DNA of 64,000 nucleotides, from positions 62,001 through 126,000 of the forward strand of contig BAAIJX010000026.1 in assembly GCA_054600435.1 (NCBI GenBank), read 5' to 3'. A program made the translations under genes and the position numbers. The stretch comes from Neophaeotheca triangularis (Eukaryota). Numbering within the stretch: the first letter of the stretch is position 1; each line of letters starts with the position of its first letter. The notes beneath the pieces were generated by a model. The model had not been told where the DNA came from. It saw only the letters and a program-made list of their open reading frames with translations, and made no database searches. Positions 1 to 10,431 of the stretch are shown here, one piece after another.

Positions 1-1
1 T

Positions 2-409
2 ATTCTCCGCAGCCCGGACAGCGAGAACGAAAGCAGCGGGTACGGCACTTTCCCCTCACCAACAGTGGCCTCCTCGCCTGACCCTTTGAGCGGTCCCGTC
101 ACCACACTGCCCCGGCCTCGCCATCATCACCACCGTCGAAAGCTCTCCCATCGTTCCGCCGGCTGTAGCAAAAGTGATCGCAGTTGTGCTTGCGACAACT
201 CTGGGGCCCTTGCAAAGCAGCGCGAGCGAAGCAAGCACTCGCCCTGGTTGTGGCTGAGATTCAGTCTTACGCTTGCTTTCGCCGTTGGCGCGGCTTTTAC
301 CCAGGGGCCGGGGAGTCTGCTGGCTTGTCCGGGTGGGATCGCAGGTGGTGGCAGGATATTAAGGGGCAGGGGATTGAGTGAAGAGGCGGATCGGGAGGTT
401 GAGGGGTGA
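2..409 (+). CDS. 3' end of a gene running in from the left edge; hypothetical protein with a C-terminal hydrophobic segment
   Basis: Frame 2 is open from the window start to TGA at 407-409. Ser/Pro-rich region followed by hydrophobic WLWLRFSLTLAFAVGAAF; GT-rich 3'UTR-like sequence follows. Confidence 0.5.
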   Translation: MLRSPDSENESSGYGTFPSPTVASSPDPLSGPVTTLPRPRHHHHRRKLSHRSAGCSKSDRSCACDNSGALAKQRERSKHSPWLWLRFSLTLAFAVGAAFTQGPGSLLACPGGIAGGGRILRGRGLSEEADREVEG

Positions 410-480
410 AGGGGTGCAGGGGTGATGCGTGGTGGCTGGGGTTTTGTGCGTGTTGGTTGGGGCGTTAGGGGGCGGCTTAT

Positions 481-516
481 GTTGTCGTTGTCGTTGTCGT
501 TGTTGTTGTTGTTGTT
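481..516. repeat. (GTT/GTC)n microsatellite
   Basis: gttgtcgttgtcgttgtcgttgttgttgttgttgtt. Confidence 0.8.
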
Positions 517-1191
517 TCTTGCGGATTTCTGAGGGGGTTGCGTTTGAAGCGGGTTTTTGTTCTTCTGACGAATTCAATTCCAGGATACCTCTGCGGCGGG
601 ACTTGCTATGATTATGTATGAGTATTACGGCCATTAGTTGCATCTGGGTTACATGCTTTGATCACGAATCATTGTTGTCGCGGGTTTTGTGTATTTTGCT
701 ATGTGATCGGTTCTACGCTCGCATCGAAGGGGGTACAGTAGTAGTTCCGTCAAAAAGTGGCTATTTCAAGGCAGCCGTTTCTCTAATTGCTAGTCGATAG
801 CGATGTTGTTGTTGATTGATGAGTCTGCCGAGACTGTAGAGACGTGCACGTCTGAGGCCCTACTCTATTCTTTTGATCCTCCACCAATCAAGCCTAGTCC
901 TCCGCTAACTCACCAAACACCCGTAGCCGACGACTAGCACCCAAAGGAACGCTCCGGTAACCCATTATTTATCGACCCAAGCGAACAGCCAAAGACAACG
1001 TTAAGAATGGTTGTCCTCACTCCCCATCCATTGCTCGACAGCCAAAACTCTAACCCTTAGTAGACTCTCCGTCACCCGCACGGACTCTATCAAACGACTA
1101 AGAAAGCTACAGCTAGTAAATCCCCACTGCTTGCTTCCTCAGCACGGGCCGAAAGAACAGCAAAAAGAGAAGAAAAAAAAAAGAGCAAAAA

Positions 1192-1310
1192 AGATACAAC
1201 AGGTGGGATTCCCACGTGGTCACCCACCGTAGTACTAATCACCCGCTTCAGTGCTTGAATATGGCAGAGCGGACGGGATGCCTTAGCTTCACTGAGCTGT
1301 GGTCGTATCT
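1192..1310 (-). rRNA. 5S rRNA gene, copy A
   Basis: Reverse complement reads AGATACGACCACAG...CATCCCGTCCGCTCTGCC...TTAGTACTACGGTGGGTGACCACGTGGGAATCCC...GTTGTATCT (119 nt). Terminal helix I pairs; T-run terminator follows; TATA-like element about 25 nt upstream. Confidence 0.95.
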
Positions 1311-1379
1311 GAAAGGTGCCGCTGCATTTGCGTTTATATACATTTTCAAAAAGAAGGTGCGATCGAGGAGATGGCTAAC

Positions 1380-1930
1380 AGCGTAGACATGTGTTAACTA
1401 ACTTAGCTCAAGATATACCGTGACTCGGACTCGAGTACTTAGTAGTAACCTTCAGCTGGCTAGCTACCAGCTCTCGAAGCACAAATTCCGCTAACCCACA
1501 AGCTCTAGCTCGCCGTCAAATAGCCCCTATAATGTAACTCCGAGTCCCCGGACCGTGTGGAAATGCGTTGGCACCTCTTACCGACCGCTTTCGCCTATAG
1601 TCGAGAGCTTGAAGGCTCGGCTATGGATTAGTTGTCTCCAATTGACGCTACTATACGGCTGCGTTTCCACGTTCCTCGGATCGAGGGTTTACTAGGAACG
1701 TCCCAAGCGCGAGTCGGGGCTAGACTTGGTTTAGACGACGCTGACCTCGAGTCGAGGTATACTTGAATACTCTAGCTAGACATCAGTAACCGCGAGGCAA
1801 AGTCTTTCGGTCTTTCTAGTTGATCGTGGCATCTATCAACGGAGTTTGGTCGAGACTAAAAGTATATGATTTCTCTCTACCTTGCCCTACGGCTTAATCT
1901 TTTAACTGAGCGAGTCTAATCTCTCACGAA
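1380..1930. other. TpA-rich, CpA/TpG-poor non-coding spacer between the 5S genes; possible RIP-mutated repeat relic
   Basis: Dense CTAG/TAG/TCGA words and no ORF of 60 aa or more. Judged by eye; RIP indices not computed. Confidence 0.45.
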
Positions 1931-2149
1931 CACCTCTTAACGTCCGTGGCCTATGAATATCATCTAAACCACCGTGTAATCACCGACCTATCGATCGAAC
2001 TCAACACTCAAAACATTTTGTTGATAGAGAAGACCATAGTATCCGCGACGCTCACACGTCCTACCTCCGCGCAACTGGATATCTGTCTGTGTTCCCTCCT
2101 CACCTTCGCCAAAATAGTGATTATATACAAACGCCAGGGAACGCCTATC

Positions 2150-2268
2150 AGATACGACCACAGCTCAGTGAATCTAAGGCATCCCGTCCGCTCTGCCATA
2201 TTCAAGCACTGAAGCGGGTGATTAGTACTACGGTGGGTGACCACGTGGGAATCCCACCTGTTGTATCT
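2150..2268 (+). rRNA. 5S rRNA gene, copy B
   Basis: Identical to copy A except position 24 (T vs G). TTATATA at about 2121-2127; oligo-T terminator at 2268-2273. Confidence 0.95.
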
Positions 2269-3163
2269 TTTTTGATGGAGGTTTTTTTTTGGCCGTTGCT
2301 GAGCAAGCAGTGGAGCTTTTTGCGGCGTTTAGTTGGTTTTAGCTTTTTTGATAAGAGTCCGTGCGTGGCTAGGGTCAGAGTTGTTGTTGTCGACCATCTC
2401 AGTGCAACTACCACAAGGCTCTCTGTTGCTCAGATTGTTTTTTAACAGGTTGCGCTTGATCGATAGGTCGGTAATTGTAATGTCGTTTAGGTGATTTCTG
2501 TCGGTGACGGTCGTTCAAGCTATTTGCGAAGGGCTGTATGATTTTTATGATGTACCTAGCGAATGTTCATAGGTGACGGAGTACAAAATGGGAATGTGTT
2601 GGTAATCGCAGCAAATTCCATCGACAAACACCATTCAATGCTTGTCTCGCAACCATTACTGTCTGACTGAAGTATAACGTTACTTCAGCCCAGCCTGAAC
2701 CAAGCCCAGTCCGACTCGCGCTCTGGACGATCACAGCATATCTTCGATCCGAGGAACGTGTAAACGCAGCCATGAGCTAGCGCCCATCAGAGACAACCAA
2801 TAGTGACGGCGACGAGCAACAGCAACATCACCTGTACTAAAGCAACATCTGGGATTTCCGATCAATGTTTCACCGCTGGTCTAGAATTCAAGGCAAATTG
2901 CAAAGCTTTAGGGTAGTTATGTGAGTCTTGGTATCATAATCGTAGTTTCTAGCTTGAGCCGTCTAAGCTAGAAAGAACCGCGGAAGGCCACTAGCCCTCG
3001 ACACTGCTCCGATATTTCGCCCGATGTAGTAGAAGTCATGTGCCTGTTTTGCCCGCCTGCTTCGCCCGCCTTCTCTCAATCCAGTAAGACTCCACTCTTG
3101 AAACCTCCACGTATCACCCTGTCACCACCCCGCAAAGCCATCAACCCTACCTCTCAGCCCCGC

Positions 3164-6100
3164 TCAAGACTCAATCGTGTTCACTACCTCCGCCCCCTGC
3201 CCCTGACTACCACCGCCATTCTCCAACCCTCCGCTCGCTCCCTCATTCGCTCCACCCTCTCCCTCCGTCTTCTTCGGCTTGCGAGGGCCCTTGGGAATGC
3301 CAGCGTCCTTGCGCTTGTGCAAATTCTTGCTACCCGGCGGCCTGCCCTTGCGCACCTGCGAGCCACCAGGGGTGACGCTGCGTTGGCCGGTAGCGGGCGT
3401 GGGAGTTGACAAACCATTGGTACCAGCGGCAGCATGGGTGCTTTCGCCGGTCGCGGTCGTAGTGTCGGTGTTCGCGCCGCCACCGCTCGAGGCCAGACCG
3501 GAAGGCGTGCCGCTCTGGCGCTTGAGCTCTTCGACGCGCTTATTGGCTTTGACGACGGCTTTGGGGACGTGGCCGGCCCATCGGCCTTTAGTGGGTGCCA
3601 CGTAGTCGCCGTAGACTACTGGTTGAGGCTGGGCGGCGTCTTTCCTGGCGACGGGTAGGACAGCCACGCTTGAGCCATTGCCGGAGGGTACAGCTGCGGC
3701 GACGGGGACAGGCGTGCTCGCACCGCTGTTACCGTTGCCGGTCCCGGATTTGCGTTTACGGCCGGAGTCTGCCACCACACCGTCGAAGCGGCTTACAGGT
3801 CTGACGGCGCGCTTGCCCGTGATCTTCTCAGGCTGACCGAACATACCAGTCTGCTGAACAGCTACGACGTCAGCGCCGTCGATGCCATTGAGGAGTTCGC
3901 CCGCAGGCCCCCTGACCCTCCTCTTCCTTAGCTCACGCCCGTCGGCGTCGCGCAGAGTTTTCTGGGCGTCTGGGTCCTGGTAGCCGATCTTGCGCTTGTC
4001 GAATTCGTAGTCGTAAAGGACGGCCTCCTTCTGATCCTCGTACATTTCGGAGTCAACTGGCAACCGGCCTCCTTTGGCAGGCTTGCGCGGCACCTTTGAG
4101 TGCGGAGCTACGATCTTGTCGAGTTGGAGATATTCGTCTTGCATCGCTTGCAATTGCGCTTGAGTATGCTTTGCGAGGGTATAGAGGTTACCCGTGCTGC
4201 GGACTGCAGGGTCGAACTTCTCCAGGGAAGCCACGATAGGCGCAAAGCCTGTGGTGGGTGAGTAATTGGCGCGGAGGTAGCGGTCCGCGGCATCAAGATG
4301 ATCGCCGGAAAGGACTGGATCCCAAGTGTCACCGTAGTACGAGGTCAACTTGTGGCTGAGGACGATGTCTTGTTCCGGCTCGAGCATCTGCGGCTTCGGA
4401 GTTGACGTCTTGGATGGTGCTTCGAATTGAGGCATCGATTCCCCGCCTCGGAGGTGCACGCGAGATGTTTTCTGAACTTTGCTCTTTCTGACCGGCGGTG
4501 ACTGTGTTCCGTTGGCGAACTCGGCGGTATTGCGCTCGGCTTCTTCGGTCTCGCGCTCCAGTTGCGCCTCTGCACCCTCAATTTCCCCTCTCCTCTTGCG
4601 CTTCGCACTCCCACGTCCAAGTTGCGCATTTCTGTCGGCAGTCTCTTTTGCATTCTTAGCAGCCTTCAGTCTATCGTACTCCTTCTTCTCCATCCTGCTC
4701 CACTTGCCGCCGCCGATGTAGTGCCAGGTGAATTGCGGCCACTGCTCGATTTGTGCCTTTACCATCAGTGTTGTAGCTCCTGGAACAGCCGTCGTACTGT
4801 CAAGGAAGTTGCCTATCATCTCGTTGTCGGAGTCTTCCTCGACCTCTTTGGTCGCCGCGGGCTCTTCAGCTTGACGACTGTCTCTGAAAGCAGCCCCGGG
4901 GCCTCTGATAGCAATCTTGTTGTAGTTGGGCGCGTTCCTATCGGGCATGCCCATCACCCACCGACCCTGGCCTTTGTGATGGAAGGTGATATCAGGATGC
5001 TTGTCGACATACGAGGTAGTAAACTTCTGATTCGGGTCGACAGCGGGCTCTGGCTGCACAGGAGGCGGCGTCGGAGCTGCCGGGGGAGCTATTGAGCGTT
5101 TCGGGCGAGGTCCCAGAGCGTAACGGCCTTGACCACGGTGATGGAACTCGATATTGGGATGAGCATCGACGTAGTCTTTGAAGAAGAGTTGATGTGGCTG
5201 GCTCTGATCGTTCTGTTCAGCATCATCGTGGTAATCCATCTCCTCGTCGGCCTCTTGCTCTTCCTCCTCTTCCTCCTCCTCATCATCATCATCATCATCG
5301 TCGACTGCAAAACCCGTGCTCTTGCGCCTACGCCTTAGACGATCACTGGGGTTCGTCTCGGGGATGAAGAGTGAGTCTTCGTCTTCGTCCTCAACCATCG
5401 AAGCCCTCGAGCGACGTGGCACAGTGGCGGCAAGTGAAGCGGGCGCCTCAAGCTGATCCTTGCGTCTGTATCGACCATTCCCACGGTGCTGCCACTCGAT
5501 GTGAGGGTATTGCAGGGTAGTCTCTTTATCGACGGTGCCTCTAGCGTCAAGCTCTGGCTCGGGTAGAGCTTGAGAAAGTGCTTGGCTAGCTCTTCGACCA
5601 GGTCCCGCTCCACGACGGTACCAGCCATTACCAACGTGATGGTACTCTTCACCAGGGTAGAGGCGCTGGATGTCTTTCTTTTTGTAAGTCAAAGTGTGAG
5701 GGTCGAGGGACGTTGAAGCTGCTGGAGCTGTAGCTGGAGTTGTGAATGCTGGAGGGTTTGCTGGGGTTTGTTGGGCACGAGTTCGCAGAGCAGGCGTAGC
5801 AGCAGTTGGAGCGGATGGTGTGCGGTCGTCGTCGCCGCCGCCGTATTCATTCGTTCCTCGACCTGCTCCCTTCTTTGCCCTTGGCCTGCGTCCTCGCTTC
5901 CACCAACTATTTCCGGTGTGGTAGAATTCCTGATTTGGGTAGTGATGCAAGATGACATCGACTACCTCCCTGCTGTAGGTCCTGACTCCATTTGGATCCT
6001 GAGAAATGTTAGTACATGCTGTCTGAACATTGCTCCTTTGAAGTTGAATCGAAAATTTGGTCGTGAACTGGTGGTAACTCACTGTGCTGACACCTTCTGA

Positions 6101-7738
6101 TCCCGCTGGGAATAGCTCATCACCGGCGTTCATGTTGTCGTTGGAACCGATATCGTTTTCTTCGTCGTCGATAGCTTCTTCATCGATCTCTGCGTGCCCG
6201 TCCGTGTTGCTGGACCGGGAAAGGCGCTGTCGAAGCTTTGGAGTTTGTTGTAAGGGATCAGTCCTTTCAACCCCTTCACCCTCGACTTTATCAGACACCC
6301 CTGCGGCCCGTCCCGCAGTTTGCTGCCGGTCAGGTGTCGTAGCATGTGTTTCAATGTCTACGCTCGTGAATGCCTGCCCTGTCGCCTCATCGGCAACTCC
6401 CGTACGCCTAGCACCAGTTCTCGCTGAACCTTCACGAGCTACTTTGTCATTGTTGATGTCTGAACCAGCCTCTGAATGTTCTTCTTCGTTATCAGAGAAT
6501 CCTTGCCATTCTTCAGACTCGCCTTCGTGGTCGTTGTCCTCCGGAGTCGCGGTGTCACAGGCTTGTCTCCGTGGTAGATGGTATCTTTCGTCGGCGGTAA
6601 GCTCCTTGGCTCGCACCAGGCTTCTGTCATCCACAAACCCCTCTTCGGCCACACCGGCGGAGTCGGTGTCAATACGTTGACGTCGGCTTGGCCGTTCTGA
6701 AGATGCGGGATCCGATATCGAAGCGACTTTCCTCTTCAGTCCACTTTGAGGTGCAAGGCTTCCGTCTGCAGCTTGCAGCTTTGTCGAAGTACCAGCAGCA
6801 TCTGAATCTGTGGTTTTGAAGCGCATGTGATCCGGCTGGTCGGTCCAAGAAACGGCCGCGTCGCCTCCCATTGCATATAGCGCGCGCCTCTGGGATGCAG
6901 AGTCTTCTAGAGTTCCTAGCATTTGTGATGTATCGCGGCTGGCCAGGTTTGGGTCTTGATTCGAATGCGTTCTACCGGTGGCGTCGGCATCACCATCGTC
7001 GAAAACATCGTCGCCATGCAGAGCCACTTGTTGGTTGAAATTGGAGGGGCCATCGGTAGGTTTGCTGAGATGTTGGCTTCCAGAATATATCGCATCGGCC
7101 GTCGCATCGGCGGGTCGTCCGCGCATTGAGCCACGCGGGTCGCGGGACATCGATCTTTGAGCAGAACCCTTTCCGATCCCGAAAGGTTCGCGCTGATGGA
7201 GTGAAGTGGTTGCACGGCCACTGGGTGTGCCAAAGGATGCTGGAGAAGCAGCACTACGTTCTGTTTTGAGACCCGGAGTTCGAACTGAAGCGGATGGCAA
7301 ATAACGGCCTTGACCGCGGTGGATCCAGGTGAACTCGGGATGTCGCAAAGTGTAAGCTTTTGAATAGGTTCCTCGATGATTTGGACCTTCTTCGTCGTCG
7401 ATGGGCATCGCTGGCGGTGCCATGTCGTTGACGTTGTTGACGTGTGCGTTCAGCGAAGCGGTGTCGCCAGCCGGGAATTGATGAGCTTTGAGGTTGCGGA
7501 TGACAAGGACACGTCTCTTGACTACAGCAGTCACGTGGCGTCGTCTCAAGCCTGGATGGGAGGTGGTGGATTGAACGGGAGTTGTGGTGTTGTCGCGTGG
7601 CGGTTGTGACCCCGAAGCGACTTGGATGTCAGACGAGGTTGATGAAATGTTGGAATCCGAACGTCTAATGCGACGACCTGAGGCAGCTTCGGGCATTTTG
7701 TGACGTCTGGAGAGACTGCGTCTGGCCGGAGACTCCAT
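3164..7738 (-). CDS. Large (~1500 aa) low-complexity, probably nuclear protein with 7 dispersed HP-x-x-[FWY]-x-H-x-G-x-G-[RWK]-[YW] repeats and a C-terminal AT-hook-like motif; probable intron 5999-6082
   Basis: 1538-codon ORF with first ATG at 7738; RKGRPPGSKN near the C-terminus; basic NLS-like tracts; in-frame GTGAGT...ACTAAC...CAG segment of 84 nt. Confidence 0.85.
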   Translation of the reverse strand: MESPARRSLSRRHKMPEAASGRRIRRSDSNISSTSSDIQVASGSQPPRDNTTTPVQSTTSHPGLRRRHVTAVVKRRVLVIRNLKAHQFPAGDTASLNAHVNNVNDMAPPAMPIDDEEGPNHRGTYSKAYTLRHPEFTWIHRGQGRYLPSASVRTPGLKTERSAASPASFGTPSGRATTSLHQREPFGIGKGSAQRSMSRDPRGSMRGRPADATADAIYSGSQHLSKPTDGPSNFNQQVALHGDDVFDDGDADATGRTHSNQDPNLASRDTSQMLGTLEDSASQRRALYAMGGDAAVSWTDQPDHMRFKTTDSDAAGTSTKLQAADGSLAPQSGLKRKVASISDPASSERPSRRQRIDTDSAGVAEEGFVDDRSLVRAKELTADERYHLPRRQACDTATPEDNDHEGESEEWQGFSDNEEEHSEAGSDINNDKVAREGSARTGARRTGVADEATGQAFTSVDIETHATTPDRQQTAGRAAGVSDKVEGEGVERTDPLQQTPKLRQRLSRSSNTDGHAEIDEEAIDDEENDIGSNDNMNAGDELFPAGSEGVSTVSYHQFTTKFSIQLQRSNVQTACTNISQDPNGVRTYSREVVDVILHHYPNQEFYHTGNSWWKRGRRPRAKKGAGRGTNEYGGGDDDRTPSAPTAATPALRTRAQQTPANPPAFTTPATAPAASTSLDPHTLTYKKKDIQRLYPGEEYHHVGNGWYRRGAGPGRRASQALSQALPEPELDARGTVDKETTLQYPHIEWQHRGNGRYRRKDQLEAPASLAATVPRRSRASMVEDEDEDSLFIPETNPSDRLRRRRKSTGFAVDDDDDDDEEEEEEEEQEADEEMDYHDDAEQNDQSQPHQLFFKDYVDAHPNIEFHHRGQGRYALGPRPKRSIAPPAAPTPPPVQPEPAVDPNQKFTTSYVDKHPDITFHHKGQGRWVMGMPDRNAPNYNKIAIRGPGAAFRDSRQAEEPAATKEVEEDSDNEMIGNFLDSTTAVPGATTLMVKAQIEQWPQFTWHYIGGGKWSRMEKKEYDRLKAAKNAKETADRNAQLGRGSAKRKRRGEIEGAEAQLERETEEAERNTAEFANGTQSPPVRKSKVQKTSRVHLRGGESMPQFEAPSKTSTPKPQMLEPEQDIVLSHKLTSYYGDTWDPVLSGDHLDAADRYLRANYSPTTGFAPIVASLEKFDPAVRSTGNLYTLAKHTQAQLQAMQDEYLQLDKIVAPHSKVPRKPAKGGRLPVDSEMYEDQKEAVLYDYEFDKRKIGYQDPDAQKTLRDADGRELRKRRVRGPAGELLNGIDGADVVAVQQTGMFGQPEKITGKRAVRPVSRFDGVVADSGRKRKSGTGNGNSGASTPVPVAAAVPSGNGSSVAVLPVARKDAAQPQPVVYGDYVAPTKGRWAGHVPKAVVKANKRVEELKRQSGTPSGLASSGGGANTDTTTATGESTHAAAGTNGLSTPTPATGQRSVTPGGSQVRKGRPPGSKNLHKRKDAGIPKGPRKPKKTEGEGGANEGASGGLENGGGSQGQGAEVVNTIES

Positions 7739-8832
7739 GGTGACGGTGACTGATACGTGTGGTATTGTCGCCCTGGACAATAGGATGAAGTGAAGTCGAT
7801 ATCAATGGAAGGGAAAGCTGTGAAGCAGCCTGCCCTGCCTCCTAGCAGGTCGCCGAATTGCTCGGGTAAAACTGCCCTGCAATCGCTAGCTCTCCATTTC
7901 CGACCTCTTGATTGGTTGCTGTTCAGCTAGTCCCGAAAAAGTGGGCTTTTTGTATATCAAACTCCTCCCTTTTCATAGGTACCTTGTATTATTTCAACTA
8001 CCTTACATTTCGACGACCGTAATCGCTCGACCAAACCTGCTGTCATCGCTTGATATTATTGCAGTGACTGATGAAGGACACACAACGATAGTACAGTATA
8101 GCTCGCTTCGATGTTGCCAGGTCACCTGAGACTGCCGCAGGCTTTCGTGTCTCAAATTGCGTGTGCGATGCACGGGGTCGATTGGGTGCATGGACGATCG
8201 ATCATGCTCATCATCGCAATGTTCGACGATACCTTACTCTATCATCGTCGCCGAAGAGACATTACAACCGCTCTCTGTTTCTACAACGATGAGCTATAAA
8301 ATGTCCTCATCTCTAGCGCTCAAGCATCATTGCTTTAGTGCCCCAACTATCAGCAATCACGAGGAGTTTGCGTTGTAGAAGCCAGAGGTCTGAATGAGCA
8401 AGCTAAGTATGGACGACTGCCCATATGTCGATGAAGTCAATCCGGGAACGGATCAATGCTCATAACAATAGTCAATGGAATATCAAATACTTTCAAAGCT
8501 GCCAGTTAGGTAGGCCCTGTCAACATCACCACAGGAATGCACTGTGGTGTTAAAGCTTAATGCGTTCCCCTTCTTATCGTAGAACGAGCATATTGATGAT
8601 GTTCAAGCCAGTGTAGTCGAACTAACTTCCTCCTGCCAAAGGCTTGTAATGAAGCTGCTGATAAACGATAATTGAGAAGAACCTTGAAAGTGAAACAAAA
8701 GTTCATCACCGCATTAGAAGGATCTTAACCCAGACAGGACCAACCATCCCACGACAATCAAGGCCATCCCCCCGACCTAAAATCTTACAAGAAACCCCAA
8801 GCACCCGAATGCCACTGCCTGGCAAAACCCGC

Positions 8833-10431
8833 TCAAATCACTCTAGCAGCCTCCCCACCGATACCCTCCTCCTCAGCCCTCCTCTTACCCCTACCTAACC
8901 CACCCTCACCCACCCCCATCCTCCTCGCCACATACTTTTGCGCTACAACACCTACGGCCAACTGCAGCGTCTCCTCCATCCACTCGGCAACCCACTCTCG
9001 CGGGTCCAGACCACCACTTTCCAGAATTTCGCGGATGGACTCGGGAAGCTCTGTGCCCTTTTCCGGCGAAGCGTCGAGCCAGTTGGCCCAGCGCTGCGGG
9101 AATGCTTGCGAAAGCGAATAGAAGGAAAGACTGTGGAGCGGGTCGTGGAGGTAGACGGCGAAGGTTATGAGCTCTTCGGCCTCTTCTTCTGGATCTTGCA
9201 CACCGCCGCTTTCCTTACTCTCTTGCCCCTCACGCGCATCCGCCGCGAAGAGGGAACCGTCCGCTGTATGCTGGATTGCCTGGATGGCGAGGAAGATGTC
9301 GCTTGAGCGCGTGGGGTTGCTCGAGTTCAGGGATTCAGTAGCCTTCTTGGCAGCCTCTTCCACGCCGCCCTGACGGTCGAAAAAGTCTTTGGCGTAGCTC
9401 TCGGCGCTCACGCGGGCTAGGCGACTGCCTTCTTTCAGGCCGGGAACCGCTCCTAAACCGCGTTCGGCGGTGCCTGAAGCTGAGTCTCGCCACCAGGGTC
9501 CGTCGCTCCATCCAGTGCCTGATGAGCCTAGCACGCCGCCGCGGTAGCCTTGCGCTTCTGAGGTCGAGCGGGCGCGGCTTTCGCTGCCGCGTTGGAGGAC
9601 GAGGAGTTCGCCGCCCTCGACTTGCGCCATGACGCGCTCGAAGGTGCTGTAGATGAGGGGGTCGAGGGATGGGTAGCCGTGAATGTCGTGGGTGGTGTGG
9701 ATTTGAAGACGTTCGTGGGCGGAGATTGGAGGGGCGATGTGCGAGATGATGTTGGTGAAGGTTGGCAAGGCTCGGGAGCGGAGATCGTCGGAGAGAGATT
9801 GGAGGTTATGGATGTTGAGGTTTGACTGTAGTTGTGAGGCCCATCGTTGCGCTTCTTCGTTGCTGCGGATGTCTTTGGCTATGTTCTCGGCTTGTTTGCG
9901 AGCCGCTGTCGCTACTGAAGCGAAGGAGCCCCACCAGCCTCCTCCACTGGACTGTGGTACTGCTGGAGGAGTCGCTTCAGCTTCAGCGGCGGACTTGCTG
10001 AACTCTGGCTTCTCCTTCTCTTCTGCGGCGGGGGTGACGCCCTCGTGATATCCTCGTGCGCTCTCCCCGCTCTTCCTGGCCTGCGAGCCGGTCCCAGCAG
10101 CTGCGGGATGTCCGGACAGTCTATCTTCGCTGTTCCTCGCACTACCTTGACCACTGGAGGCAGGGGTATGGCTCTTCGCAGCGCTGTTGGTCGAGCTCGA
10201 GAGTCTAGGTGTAGATGGCCGGGATGCGTTCGGGCGTGGTGCGAGCTGAGCTTGCAGGTCCGCGAGAGGGTCTTCTTCCTCTTGCTGAGCTGGCTTCTTC
10301 TCGCCATTCGATGTTTTTGATTTCGCCTTGGTTGTGGATTTGGCGCCCGTCTTCTGTGCTTGCGGCTGCTCGTCGACGCCGAGAGAGTCGAGCTGTGCTA
10401 AAAGGTCCTCGTCGTCCTTGCGTGGTGCCAT
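8833..10431 (-). CDS. MTC1: Maintenance of telomere capping protein 1 (Mtc1)-like
   Basis: MAPRKDDEDLLAQLDSLG start, GGGWWGS, APPISAHERLQIHTTHDIHGYPSLDPLIYSTFERVMAQVEGG, DPREWVAEWMEETL..AVGVVAQKYV. Recognised from family memory. Confidence 0.8.
   Translation of the reverse strand: MAPRKDDEDLLAQLDSLGVDEQPQAQKTGAKSTTKAKSKTSNGEKKPAQQEEEDPLADLQAQLAPRPNASRPSTPRLSSSTNSAAKSHTPASSGQGSARNSEDRLSGHPAAAGTGSQARKSGESARGYHEGVTPAAEEKEKPEFSKSAAEAEATPPAVPQSSGGGWWGSFASVATAARKQAENIAKDIRSNEEAQRWASQLQSNLNIHNLQSLSDDLRSRALPTFTNIISHIAPPISAHERLQIHTTHDIHGYPSLDPLIYSTFERVMAQVEGGELLVLQRGSESRARSTSEAQGYRGGVLGSSGTGWSDGPWWRDSASGTAERGLGAVPGLKEGSRLARVSAESYAKDFFDRQGGVEEAAKKATESLNSSNPTRSSDIFLAIQAIQHTADGSLFAADAREGQESKESGGVQDPEEEAEELITFAVYLHDPLHSLSFYSLSQAFPQRWANWLDASPEKGTELPESIREILESGGLDPREWVAEWMEETLQLAVGVVAQKYVARRMGVGEGGLGRGKRRAEEEGIGGEAARVI

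Noticed and set aside
1946..2445. Short ORFs overlapping 5S copy B
   Set aside because: Chance frames across an RNA gene.
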